The notes beneath the pieces are model-generated. The model worked only from the letters and a program-made list of their open reading frames with translations, did not search any database and was not told where the DNA came from. From Deferribacterales bacterium (lineage in GTDB: Bacteria > Chrysiogenota > Deferribacteres > Deferribacterales > Geovibrionaceae), in the NCBI GenBank assembly GCA_050251945.1, contig JBFWLW010000012.1:1-64000 (forward strand): DNA of 64,000 nt. Direction: 5' to 3'. Position 1 is the first letter of the stretch. Each line of letters opens with the position of its first letter. The position numbers were made by a program, and so were the translations under genes. Shown here piece after piece: positions 26,114 to 35,494 of this stretch.

Positions 26114-27150
26114 TGCCGTTTCCTACAATTACAAGAATATCAGATGTTGTTTCCGCGAGAAAACGCAGAAGCACCATCCTTTCCAGAAAAGCTTTTAAGT
26201 ACGACACCCCTCGTCTTGAGGGGACAAGAAAAGTCCGTATTGACATTAAAAAGTCCGGACGCAAACGTGCGCCGCTGGTTACACCGCTGACGGGTAATCC
26301 GATAATAGACCGTACAAACGTTGACAGAATTGAAATCGAGCTGCCTGTTCTCGGCGGAGCCACGGAAACAACAGCAGAAGAGCTGTTCAAAGCTTATGCG
26401 GGTAAAGCGGAAGTTACTACGTCTGAATACATAGATGTTTACAATCGGATTCTTGACGATTCGGCTGAAATCGACGATGCGATCACCCGGACAGAAGAGT
26501 ACATGGCGGCAGAAGCCCTTAAAACAGGCGGGTATACACTCGAAGGTCTTGACGGTTCCGGAGGAACTATCGAAGTCGCGTTTGACTTTTTGAGAGATCC
26601 CGAACTGACGGTAGTTCTTTCCGGCACAAGCCGTTGGGGTCAGAGCGGTGTCAGTGCGTACAAATCTCTGTCGGCTCACAGAAGTCTTGTCCAGACAAAG
26701 GGCGGACTTAACCCGAATCATTTTTTCATGGGCGAAACAGCAATGGAGCTATTTCTTCTTGACGATGATGTTCAGAAACTTCTTGACAACAGAGGTATGA
26801 ACATGGGTCAGCTGATGCCCGACGAGTTGGACGGTGATGTAACTTACATGGGCTTTGTTCGCACAATCGGACACATCTATAAATACACCGCAGGATATGC
26901 AGATGATGATGGTTTTCACAAGTACATCCCCGACAACGGTGTCGCAATGTTCTCAGATGCCGCCGACAACAGAACGTACTATGGCGGTATCGCTGTAAAC
27001 GTAAACGATACTATCATTATTCAACGCGGGCGCCGCGTTGTATATCACAACGTTACAAAACGCCCTCCCATCACGGAATTCCTCGATGTTAACAGTTCCC
27101 CCCTGCTTGTTCTGGGTGAGCCCGACACGACCGGATATATGGAGGTGTAA
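26113..27150 (+). CDS. Major capsid protein (lambda gpE family)
   Basis: Position after the decoration gene; APLVTP, RTEEYMAAEAL, SSPL. Confidence 0.88.
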   Translation: MPFPTITRISDVVSARKRRSTILSRKAFKYDTPRLEGTRKVRIDIKKSGRKRAPLVTPLTGNPIIDRTNVDRIEIELPVLGGATETTAEELFKAYAGKAEVTTSEYIDVYNRILDDSAEIDDAITRTEEYMAAEALKTGGYTLEGLDGSGGTIEVAFDFLRDPELTVVLSGTSRWGQSGVSAYKSLSAHRSLVQTKGGLNPNHFFMGETAMELFLLDDDVQKLLDNRGMNMGQLMPDELDGDVTYMGFVRTIGHIYKYTAGYADDDGFHKYIPDNGVAMFSDAADNRTYYGGIAVNVNDTIIIQRGRRVVYHNVTKRPPITEFLDVNSSPLLVLGEPDTTGYMEV

Positions 27151-27151
27151 C

Positions 27152-27475
27152 ATGTATATCGCAATTAAACATATCAACCACGACGGTAAAAAATATCAAC
27201 CCGGTGCGGCTCTGCCTGAGATGTCAGCGGAGGATATTGATCGTCTGAAGGGACACAAGGCGATCAAGGAAGTCGCTGAAGCAACAGTCTCAGCAACTAC
27301 TGAAAAGAAATCTGTTTTTGAAACAATAACAGATGAAACGGCGCTTACCGAGGCACTGCTTAAAAAACTGACAAACGACGAGCTTGTAAAGCTTTGCGAC
27401 GCGCGCGGCGTTGGGCACAGCGAGTGCAGTAAAAAGGCTGACTATATAGAAGCCCTTCTTTCCCCCGAAGAGTAG
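27152..27475 (+). CDS. Head-associated (gpFI-like) protein
   Basis: INHDGKKYQPG N-terminus and a small helical C-terminal domain (LTNDELVKLC..KKADYIEAL). Confidence 0.6.
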   Translation: MYIAIKHINHDGKKYQPGAALPEMSAEDIDRLKGHKAIKEVAEATVSATTEKKSVFETITDETALTEALLKKLTNDELVKLCDARGVGHSECSKKADYIEALLSPEE

Positions 27476-27536
27476 GTTTTGCCCGTTGTCCCCGGCACGT
27501 CCGGGGGCTTCGGATAACGCCGTACAGAGGTAAAAC

Positions 27537-27788
27537 ATGGACGCAGGAATTGTAATCGGTTTAGTGCAGCTTGGGGTTACTGTAATCGGCGGGTTTGTGC
27601 TTATGCCCATGCGCGGAGATATAAAAGACCTGCGTGACAAGGACGATAAAACGCATGAAAAGTTTGTATCTAAAGAGACTTACAACAGAGATCACGCAAC
27701 ACAGGAAAAGGTGAACGACGACCTTTTCAAGCGGATGAATAAACAGGAAGTGCTTTGCGGAACAAGGCACGGAGGAACATGCAAATGA
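27537..27788 (+). CDS. Single-TM holin-like protein
   Basis: N-terminal TM and charged tail; precedes the endolysin candidate. Confidence 0.5.
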   Translation: MDAGIVIGLVQLGVTVIGGFVLMPMRGDIKDLRDKDDKTHEKFVSKETYNRDHATQEKVNDDLFKRMNKQEVLCGTRHGGTCK

Positions 27789-28192
27789 AAAAAGCTGAAT
27801 TGATAAGAGTTGAACACGGGAAGGAACACACTATCGGCGTGATGCTGATAGATGGGGTTGCCTTGGGGTTCACAATGGAAGATGAGTGGGCAGACAACAA
27901 AAAGTCGGTTTCCTGCATACCGACAGGTACCTACACTGTGGTACGCCATCAGTCGCCGAAATACGGTGAATGTTTCATGGTTGAGAACGTGCCGAACCGT
28001 TCGCTGATACTGATACATGCTGGCAACACGGACGACGATACCGAGGGCTGTATCCTGCTCGGGCGAAACACAGGCATGATGAACGGGGAGCGCGCTGTGA
28101 TGAACAGCAAGCTGGCAGTCGCTGATTTCATGGCTCTCATGAAAGGCGAAAACAAATTTGAACTCACGATCACAGATTGGAGGTCGGCATGA
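27785..28192 (+). CDS. DUF5675-family endolysin candidate
   Basis: SCIPTGTY, VPNRSLILIHAGN..DTEGCILLG. Confidence 0.75.
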   Translation: MKKAELIRVEHGKEHTIGVMLIDGVALGFTMEDEWADNKKSVSCIPTGTYTVVRHQSPKYGECFMVENVPNRSLILIHAGNTDDDTEGCILLGRNTGMMNGERAVMNSKLAVADFMALMKGENKFELTITDWRSA

Positions 28193-28368
28193 CAGGTCTC
28201 GTATCCAAAGCCATTATCGCAGGACTTACTAAAGTCCTGTCGGCGTTTCTCGCAGAGAAAGTACTTACAAAAGTGATCATTGGCATTTTGAAAATCCTTG
28301 CGACAAGAACGACAAACACCCTCGACGATGAACTCGTTGTCGAGGTGGAAAAGGCACTGGGCGAATAA
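28189..28368 (+). CDS. Small amphipathic lysis-region protein
   Basis: GGAGG SD; TTNTLDDELV motif. Confidence 0.55.
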   Translation: MTGLVSKAIIAGLTKVLSAFLAEKVLTKVIIGILKILATRTTNTLDDELVVEVEKALGE

Positions 28369-28369
28369 G

Positions 28370-28690
28370 ATGAACGTTAAAGAGCAGATGCGGGAAGACC
28401 TTAACGCAATATTCAGCACCGACGAAAACGCGGTGACGCTGCGTATCAACAACGTTGAGATGATCGTAATTGATCTTCGCACCGGAGGCAAGCGCGCAGA
28501 AAGCGAATACGGTAATTATGCTATGCATCAGGCTAACACAAAGACCAGGACACTGCACATCAGAGAAACAGATATGCCGGCCGCACCTGTCCCCGAGAGC
28601 ATCATGTATGTCGGGGACGAGGCGTGGACGGTAAAAGAAACCGATTACGCCATGGGCGAACACATCGTCACGCTGGAGATGAACGTATGA
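28370..28690 (+). CDS. Head closure/head-tail adaptor
   Basis: VKEQMREDLNAIFSTDE; position in the morphogenesis operon. Confidence 0.6.
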   Translation: MNVKEQMREDLNAIFSTDENAVTLRINNVEMIVIDLRTGGKRAESEYGNYAMHQANTKTRTLHIRETDMPAAPVPESIMYVGDEAWTVKETDYAMGEHIVTLEMNV

Positions 28691-29313
28691 AACGAATCGG
28701 CGGCAGATACAAAGCGCAAACACGGAGCCTCAGTTTCACGGCTGAATCAGATATCGGTGAGATGATAGCGGCTCTGAAATTGTACACACACGAGCTTGAT
28801 ATCGTCGTTCCTGAACTTGTAAATAAGTCGCTGGACGACCTGCGGACAGAGCTTAAAGACAGGGTAACAAGCGAATACAACGTATCTGCAAAAGATGTCC
28901 GCTCGGCAATGACAATTAAAAAGGCATCCAAAAGCCGCCCTCGTGGGGCTGTTTCTGTGTATGGCGGACATATCCCGCTGTTCGATTTTGCACCCGACCC
29001 AAGCACACGCTACAAACGCATAGCCGACCGACCCGAAATCGGCGTGTCTGCACAGATCAAGCGCGGCGAAGCCCGTACCATGTTTGCCGGGTCTTTCATC
29101 GCTGATATGCCCTCTCGCGGGATGGGTGTTTATAAGCGGGTGGGAAAAGAGGGCGGACAGGTTACGCACCTGACGGGCCCGAGAATCCCGCAAATGGTCG
29201 TTGAATCGTCAAACGTATCATACGTTGAGGACTACATTCACCGCAGGTTTTATCAAAGCTTGTCTCTGTCCACGGGACAGGGGCATCAAGGACGTATAGG
29301 ATTCGGCAAATGA
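28687..29313 (+). CDS. Minor tail protein (gpZ-like)
   Basis: YNVSAKDVR..IPLFDF..GSFIADM..LTGPRIPQMV. Confidence 0.7.
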   Translation: MKRIGGRYKAQTRSLSFTAESDIGEMIAALKLYTHELDIVVPELVNKSLDDLRTELKDRVTSEYNVSAKDVRSAMTIKKASKSRPRGAVSVYGGHIPLFDFAPDPSTRYKRIADRPEIGVSAQIKRGEARTMFAGSFIADMPSRGMGVYKRVGKEGGQVTHLTGPRIPQMVVESSNVSYVEDYIHRRFYQSLSLSTGQGHQGRIGFGK

Positions 29314-29837
29314 ACGCAGAACTGACAAAAGCACTCAAAGAACTCTTTCAGAACACACTGAATGATTGCTTTGAAGAGGACAATAAAGGGGAGTACAAGC
29401 CGTTGTCTTTTTACGAATACGCCCTGCCGAGGCGAGATGCCGCGGGAGAGAAACTCCCTTTTATAGTTTTTTTCCCACTTGACGGCGAGGACGATGACAG
29501 CAGCGAAAAAGAAGTTACTCATATCGCGATAAGCTGTTGCATACACTTGGCAATGGACAAAACAGGTTCTTTTGAACAGCTCTCAGAGGGCAATCTTGCT
29601 GTGATGTTACTTTTGAATAGAGTCAAGAAGGTTTTAAGGGAAAACAGGATAGTCGGCAATATGTTCAGAAGAACAGGAAAAATGAAATGGAAACTTTTTG
29701 ATAATAACACTCAACCGTCACCTTTTTTTTATGCGGTGATTGAAGCGTCGTTTGAATCATACATCGAAAGAAAACCAACAAAAGCGGAGGATAACGCATA
29801 TGGCAAAAAATTCGGAAAAGACTTCGTCCTCAAGTGA
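29310..29837 (+). CDS. Tail terminator-like protein
   Basis: LPFIV..QPSPFF; lies before the sheath gene. Confidence 0.55.
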   Translation: MNAELTKALKELFQNTLNDCFEEDNKGEYKPLSFYEYALPRRDAAGEKLPFIVFFPLDGEDDDSSEKEVTHIAISCCIHLAMDKTGSFEQLSEGNLAVMLLLNRVKKVLRENRIVGNMFRRTGKMKWKLFDNNTQPSPFFYAVIEASFESYIERKPTKAEDNAYGKKFGKDFVLK

Positions 29838-30096
29838 AGGTGATAACATCACTCAGACTGGCGAGGATGTGAAACAGGAAGAACCCACAGCGGCAGTCGT
29901 AAAAAAAATCTATGGCGGGCCTACAATCATTCCGCTGGGTATTAGCAAGGGTACAACATATCTGTCTATTCCTTCGGGCGTTCCCGACTATATGCACTTT
30001 ATGTTTTTGCCCATTGCTGAATACAGATCAACCGTGCAATCTGCGTCTTTCATCAGAAAATGCACAGAAGCCATAAAGAAATATAAGGAGGCTTGA
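29800..30096 (+). CDS. Hypothetical tail-region protein
   Basis: GGAGG SD; IYGGPTI motif. Confidence 0.55.
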   Translation: MAKNSEKTSSSSEGDNITQTGEDVKQEEPTAAVVKKIYGGPTIIPLGISKGTTYLSIPSGVPDYMHFMFLPIAEYRSTVQSASFIRKCTEAIKKYKEA

Positions 30097-30097
30097 T

Positions 30098-31534
30098 ATG
30101 GCATATTTCCACGGCATAAGAACATATGAAAGCGGCACAGGGATATCTACCCCGATTGTGTTAGAAGCCAGTGTCCCCGTAGTTGTCGGTACAGCTCCTG
30201 TTCATAAAATTGAAGAGGGATCGACTGGTGCGGTGAACACTGTCAAGCTCTGTCGTACATATTCAGAGGCTATTGAATATTTCGGCTATGATGCGGATTG
30301 GTCAAAATACACGCTCTCAGAAGTAATTTATTCTCAGTTTCAGGCATATGCTATTGCACCTGTTCTGATGATAAATGTATTCAATCCAGCTGTGCATCGT
30401 ACAACTGTTGACGAGGAAGCGGCAACTTTTACTGCAAAAAACACAGTCTCTCTCAAGTATGACGGTATTCTTGCCGATCCTGTTGTCAAAACCGTCGATG
30501 CAACAACAACATATGTAAAAGATGTTGACTATGAGGTTGACAGGATTGGCGGGGTTATCACGCGACTTACAAGCGGTTCTATCCCCGCGAGCGGCAACGT
30601 GGCAGTTTCTTATGTATACGGTGACCCAACTCTTGTCACTGCTGACGATATCATCGGCGGTGTTGATGCCGGGACAAATGCAAGGACAGGCTTTTCACTG
30701 ATAGACAACTGTTATACTCAATTCCGTATTGTACCGGGCATGATTGCGGCTCCGGGGTGGTATCAAAACGATGTAATTACAGTTGCACTTGCGAAAGCAT
30801 CAAGCGTCAATACGGTTTTCAAGTGTTATGTTGTTGCAGATATCCCTGACAAGATTGTAACAAAGTATAGGGACGCTGTCGCATACAAAAATGACAATAA
30901 TCTTGTAGACCCCGAACTTATACTGTGCTACGGCACACTTGGACTGTCTGACAAAAAATATCGTCAGTCTACTCAGTTCTGTTCACTGACACAATCAATC
31001 ACTTCCAATAATCAGGGTATTCCACATGAGTCTCCGTCGAACAAAAATTACAAGATGGATTCGATGTATATCAACGATGAAGAGGTTTCTCTTGAGTTGA
31101 CTGAAGCGAACTATCTAAACAGCAACGGCATTGTTACAGCGCTGAATTTTGAAAACGGATGGACTTGCTGGGGGAATGACACTTCGGCATACCCCAGTAG
31201 CGGAGACGTGAAAGATTATCAGATAGTCGGCAGACAAATGTTTCTTTGGGAGCAGGTAAGTCTGATCAGAAGATTCTGGAGAGATGCAGATAAGCCGATG
31301 ACAAAACGTCTCGTAACAAGAATCCTTGATACAGAAAACAGAAAACTGGACGGTCTTACGTCTGCCCAGAAAATCCTTGGCGGACGTGTTGAGTTCAACT
31401 CAGACCAAAACTCAACAACAAGTCTGATGTCTGGCGCAATGTTGTTCAAAGTTTGGATGTCTTTTGCCGCGGCGGCAGAAGATATATGTTTCGATATAGA
31501 GTATGACCCTGCGTATACGCAGTCGCTGATTTAA
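30098..31534 (+). CDS. Contractile tail sheath
   Basis: YFHGIRTYE, VVGTAP, SPSNK, ANYLNSNGIVT, CWGNDT. Confidence 0.93.
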   Translation: MAYFHGIRTYESGTGISTPIVLEASVPVVVGTAPVHKIEEGSTGAVNTVKLCRTYSEAIEYFGYDADWSKYTLSEVIYSQFQAYAIAPVLMINVFNPAVHRTTVDEEAATFTAKNTVSLKYDGILADPVVKTVDATTTYVKDVDYEVDRIGGVITRLTSGSIPASGNVAVSYVYGDPTLVTADDIIGGVDAGTNARTGFSLIDNCYTQFRIVPGMIAAPGWYQNDVITVALAKASSVNTVFKCYVVADIPDKIVTKYRDAVAYKNDNNLVDPELILCYGTLGLSDKKYRQSTQFCSLTQSITSNNQGIPHESPSNKNYKMDSMYINDEEVSLELTEANYLNSNGIVTALNFENGWTCWGNDTSAYPSSGDVKDYQIVGRQMFLWEQVSLIRRFWRDADKPMTKRLVTRILDTENRKLDGLTSAQKILGGRVEFNSDQNSTTSLMSGAMLFKVWMSFAAAAEDICFDIEYDPAYTQSLI

Positions 31535-31546
31535 TGGAGGTATGTA

Positions 31547-32077
31547 ATGGGAAAAAATACTAATCTTCTTTCAGGCCCTGTTGACGCGTTTATAGTTTAC
31601 AGAGGTGACACAAGCATGCTCGGTGTAGCAGAGTTTACAGGCCCCGATATTGAAAGAATGAAAGAAACTCAGAAACTTGCAGGCGTAATGGGCGAGCTTG
31701 ATTTTGTGACAAGATCATTAAAAGCTATGACTGCAAAAATGAAATTCAGCTCAACAAACGGGCTGACATATGAGCTTGCAGAACCCGGTAATCAGGAAAT
31801 TGAGCTGAGAGCAGTAATAATCAGCTATGACAAGGGAGAAACCGAGTATACAGAAACCGGACAGGTTATCCGCATTAATGCTGAAAATACAAAAGCGCCC
31901 GTGGGAAAATTCGCAACGGGCAACAACATGGACGCCGAATACGAGTTCTCTGTTCATAGTCTGAAAGTAACTATTGACGACGAAGATGTCACACAGATAG
32001 ACCCTGCAAACTTTATTTATAAAATAAACGGTACCGACTATATGGAAAACTATCGGTCGTTGCTGGGGATGAACTGA
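31547..32077 (+). CDS. Tail tube (P2 FII-like)
   Basis: LGVAEFTGPDIE..IDPANFIYKINGTDY. Confidence 0.88.
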   Translation: MGKNTNLLSGPVDAFIVYRGDTSMLGVAEFTGPDIERMKETQKLAGVMGELDFVTRSLKAMTAKMKFSSTNGLTYELAEPGNQEIELRAVIISYDKGETEYTETGQVIRINAENTKAPVGKFATGNNMDAEYEFSVHSLKVTIDDEDVTQIDPANFIYKINGTDYMENYRSLLGMN

Positions 32078-32078
32078 T

Positions 32079-32381
32079 ATGAGCGAAACAGTAATCGTAA
32101 AACTTAAAAAACCGCATGCGTTTGACGGCAAAGAATGTACGGAACTGGCGATGCGCCAGCCCTTGATCGGCGATGAAGTTAAAGCGGCGAAATTTTCTCA
32201 GGTAAAAGAAGAGCGGGAAACCTATCTCATGGCTAAACTCTGCGGGGTAAAACATGAAGATTTTCAGAAAATGCCGCTGTCAAATTACGAGGGCTTTACA
32301 GATGCGTATAACAGTTTTTTCCGCGAGGACGACGAGAGTACGCAGACATCAGATACTGCGTCGTCCAGCTCTCAAGAGTAA
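32079..32381 (+). CDS. Tail assembly chaperone (gpE-like) with a -1 frameshift extension to 32482
   Basis: VKLKKP..ELAMRQP; slippery T TTT TTC at 32315-32321. Confidence 0.85.
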   Translation: MSETVIVKLKKPHAFDGKECTELAMRQPLIGDEVKAAKFSQVKEERETYLMAKLCGVKHEDFQKMPLSNYEGFTDAYNSFFREDDESTQTSDTASSSSQE

Positions 32382-32450
32382 CGAAAACACCGATATCGTT
32401 CTGGCTTGAACTCGACGAAGAGGAATTCCACGAATGGTATCAAACGGCTG

Positions 32451-32648
32451 TCAGGGTCGTGAAAGACGAGAATAAAGACTGAAAGCCGCTTTAACGGCAA
32501 ACTTGACGGGCAGCATGATCAGAAAGCCCATGATAAGCCCGAAGATGATATTTGCGATTCTATCCTCCGGTGTGTTGCCAGCGAGGGCATACACGGGGGC
32601 GAGAAGATAGTAGCCGAGGGCAAATGTCAGCAGATAGGAGAGAGGCAA
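32451..32648 (-). CDS. Small antisense two-TM membrane protein
   Basis: TTG start 32648; LSYLLTFALGYYLLAPVYA..IANIIFGLIMGFLIMLPVKFAV; fills the gap before the tape measure gene. Confidence 0.45.
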   Translation of the reverse strand: MPLSYLLTFALGYYLLAPVYALAGNTPEDRIANIIFGLIMGFLIMLPVKFAVKAAFSLYSRLSRP

Positions 32649-32649
32649 A

Positions 32650-35295
32650 ATGAAAGAATTTGGAATCAGTTTTGTCATAGGTGCCGTCCTCGGTGGTAGT
32701 TTCAAAACTAGTATAGGCACCGTTGAGGAAAAAGTCAAGGCGCTGGACGGAAACGTCGGGAGCCTTGGCAAGACGATGAAACAGATAGATAGTCTGCGCA
32801 GTCTCGACGAATCACTCATTAAGAATAAGGGCGGGCTTGAAAAAGCCCGCGCCGATCTTGCGGCGCTTGAGCCGCGTCTTGCGGAGATACGCGGTAAATA
32901 TACCGCGCTGTCGGATGCCGTAAAATCCGCCGACGTTGAGATGGCGGCGTCAAAAGCGAATTATGAGCAGGTGCGCAACCGCGTTTCCTCTCTCAAAATA
33001 GAACTCCAGAATACAGATACTTCCACCGACGAACTGAAAAACGCTCTTGCATCCGCGAACCGTGAGCTTGCACAGAGCAAATTACGTTTCGATGAATCAA
33101 AAACCGCTATGTCGAAGGCAAAAGCGGAACTCTCCGCCATCACGCCGGAGATGAAAGAACTGGATCAGGCTCATAAAAAAGCCACATCGAACGTTGATAT
33201 GTTTGAGAACACTATCAAAAAAGAATCCCGCTCGGTAGTCGAACTCGGCGAGGCTCTGAAAAAGGCGAAAGTTGACACAGCAAATCTTGACGCAGAACAG
33301 AAAAAACTTGCGGCGACACTTGAAAAGCAGAAAGCGCGGAAAGAAAAGCTCGGCTCTCTGATGGAGACAAGGGACAATCTGGCAGATCAGCGGAGCCGCT
33401 TAAACGGTCTGGTGCTGGGTGCGGCGGCAAGTGTCGGCACACTCTCAATCCCCATGAAATTGAGCATGGAAAAAGAAGATTTCATGCTTGATGTGTCTAA
33501 AAACGTTAAAGGGTTGGATACTGCCGCGGACATGCACGAAATGGAGATGGAAGTCCGCAAGATCGGTCGTTCCTCTCTGCTGGGGGCTGAAGGCGTGGCG
33601 AAACTCGTTGCGGAAGCTGGTATGATCGGCATGGCGAAAAATGACGCTATACAGTTTGCCGGGACTGCTGAAAAAATGGCTACAGCTTTCGGCTTGTCTG
33701 CCGATGAAGCGGGCGCATCTATATCTAAAATAAAAGCTACGATGGGGCTGTCTCTGGGAGAGATAAGCTCTCTCGGAGATGCGATAAACTATGTCGGCGA
33801 TAATACGGCGTCGTCCGCCGCAAGTATAACAAATATGCTACAGCGGAACGGCGGGTTGTTAAAATCGACGACAGGACTTGCATCAGCACAGATAGCGGCA
33901 TTGTCCGCCGCTTTCGATGCCGCCGCCCCGAACACGGAAATGGCGGCTACAGCACAGAAAAACTTTATCCTCACCATGACTTCCGGAGCCGCCGCAACGA
34001 GCGCACAGCGCGATTCTTTTAAGGCGCTTGGACTGTCCGCGGAGGATATGGCAGAGCGTATGCAGACAGATGCAACAGGGGCAATCAAAGAAGTGTTCGA
34101 CGCACTGAACCAGCTTTCGGACGCAGATCGCGGCGCAACAATGGCAGAACTGTTCGGCAAAGAATCAGTCGGCCCCATCGCGGGGCTTATGGGCAACATG
34201 AAAGAGTTTGAAAAAACCATGGGTCTTGTCGCTGACAAAACGAGATACGCAGGGTCTATGCAGTCTGAGTATGAACGCAAGATGGGTACTGCCGGAACCT
34301 CTTCTGTTAAGATGAAAAACTCAATGAAAGAGATCGGGTATGTAATCGGCGATATCTTACTTCCGCCGCTTGCAACTGTTTTCGGTGTTATCGGCTCGCT
34401 GGCTGTCCGGTTCGGTGATTTTGCCGCCGCAAATCCACGTGTTACTAAAACAGTTGTCGGTCTTGCTGTGGGTCTGGGTGTCGGACTTACTGCTGTTGTC
34501 GCCTTCGGATACGGGATAAATATCATTCGTACTGGACTTGTGTATACCCGAATAGCACTTATCAGCACAAGTATGGCTACTGGAAAGTTTGGCTCTATCG
34601 CCAGCATTACAGGTATGCGCATGGCTGTTGTATCCGGTGCTACAAAAGCGTGGGCAGCAGCGCAATGGCTCTTGAACGCCGCGATGTCTGCAAATCCGAT
34701 CGGCGCAATCATTGTCGGCGTGGGCGCGTTAATAGCCATTGGTGTTGTGTTGTACAAAAAATGGACACCGTTTAGGTTGATGGTTAACAGAATATGGAAC
34801 GGAATGAAACAATTTGGCGGTATTGTCGGGATGCTGTTCCCTATCGCCGGACTTGGTACATTTCTTTATAAAAAATGGGAACCTTTCAGAAAATTGATAG
34901 ATGGTGTAGGTGGTGGTATCAAAAAAGTCGGCGGATTTGTCGGCAAGCTGTTCGGATTCGGCAAAGGCGATAAAGCTGAAGAACAAAAGAAAGCGGCGCC
35001 TCAGGTCGGTAGAACAGCACGCATGATAGCGCCGAATCGTCAAGCAACTCCAGACAAGATGCCCGCGCAACAGGCACAGCCGCGGAATATCCCCATTACC
35101 CCATACAAAATGCCAGCACAACAGGGCGGCGGACAGCAGAAACAGGTGAATATCACCGTTAAAAGCTCGCCGACAATTGTTGTTCAGGGCGGTTCTGTTG
35201 ACGCGGCGAAAGCGGCTCTTGCAGGACACCACGACGATCTGGCGCGTAAGATCAAAAAAATGCAGGAAGAAAAAAGCAGGGTCTCATATGAGTAA
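32650..35295 (+). CDS. Tail tape measure protein
   Basis: Coiled-coil, TP901-type core (LGDAINYVGDNT, LFGKES), AAQWLLNAAMSANPIG. Confidence 0.92.
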   Translation: MKEFGISFVIGAVLGGSFKTSIGTVEEKVKALDGNVGSLGKTMKQIDSLRSLDESLIKNKGGLEKARADLAALEPRLAEIRGKYTALSDAVKSADVEMAASKANYEQVRNRVSSLKIELQNTDTSTDELKNALASANRELAQSKLRFDESKTAMSKAKAELSAITPEMKELDQAHKKATSNVDMFENTIKKESRSVVELGEALKKAKVDTANLDAEQKKLAATLEKQKARKEKLGSLMETRDNLADQRSRLNGLVLGAAASVGTLSIPMKLSMEKEDFMLDVSKNVKGLDTAADMHEMEMEVRKIGRSSLLGAEGVAKLVAEAGMIGMAKNDAIQFAGTAEKMATAFGLSADEAGASISKIKATMGLSLGEISSLGDAINYVGDNTASSAASITNMLQRNGGLLKSTTGLASAQIAALSAAFDAAAPNTEMAATAQKNFILTMTSGAAATSAQRDSFKALGLSAEDMAERMQTDATGAIKEVFDALNQLSDADRGATMAELFGKESVGPIAGLMGNMKEFEKTMGLVADKTRYAGSMQSEYERKMGTAGTSSVKMKNSMKEIGYVIGDILLPPLATVFGVIGSLAVRFGDFAAANPRVTKTVVGLAVGLGVGLTAVVAFGYGINIIRTGLVYTRIALISTSMATGKFGSIASITGMRMAVVSGATKAWAAAQWLLNAAMSANPIGAIIVGVGALIAIGVVLYKKWTPFRLMVNRIWNGMKQFGGIVGMLFPIAGLGTFLYKKWEPFRKLIDGVGGGIKKVGGFVGKLFGFGKGDKAEEQKKAAPQVGRTARMIAPNRQATPDKMPAQQAQPRNIPITPYKMPAQQGGGQQKQVNITVKSSPTIVVQGGSVDAAKAALAGHHDDLARKIKKMQEEKSRVSYE

Positions 35296-35494
35296 ATACA
35301 CTACTATCAGCGGCGACATGTGGGACATGATCGCTTATAAAAAATACGGCACTGAAAAGGTATTTCCGAAAATCATCGAGGCAAACCCGGAGTATTGCTC
35401 TGTTGTTGTTTTCCCCGCCGGAATCGTGCTGACACTGCCGGACATCGACACCACAGAGCTTGCTGACCTGCCGCCGTGGAGTACGGAATCATGA
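35288..35494 (+). CDS. Tail protein X (LysM-like)
   Basis: YTTISGDMWDMIAYKKYG..ANP..LPPW. Confidence 0.88.
   Translation: MSKYTTISGDMWDMIAYKKYGTEKVFPKIIEANPEYCSVVVFPAGIVLTLPDIDTTELADLPPWSTES

Noticed and set aside
33789..34757. 322-aa antisense ORF
   Set aside because: Shadow of the Ala/Gly-rich tape measure gene.
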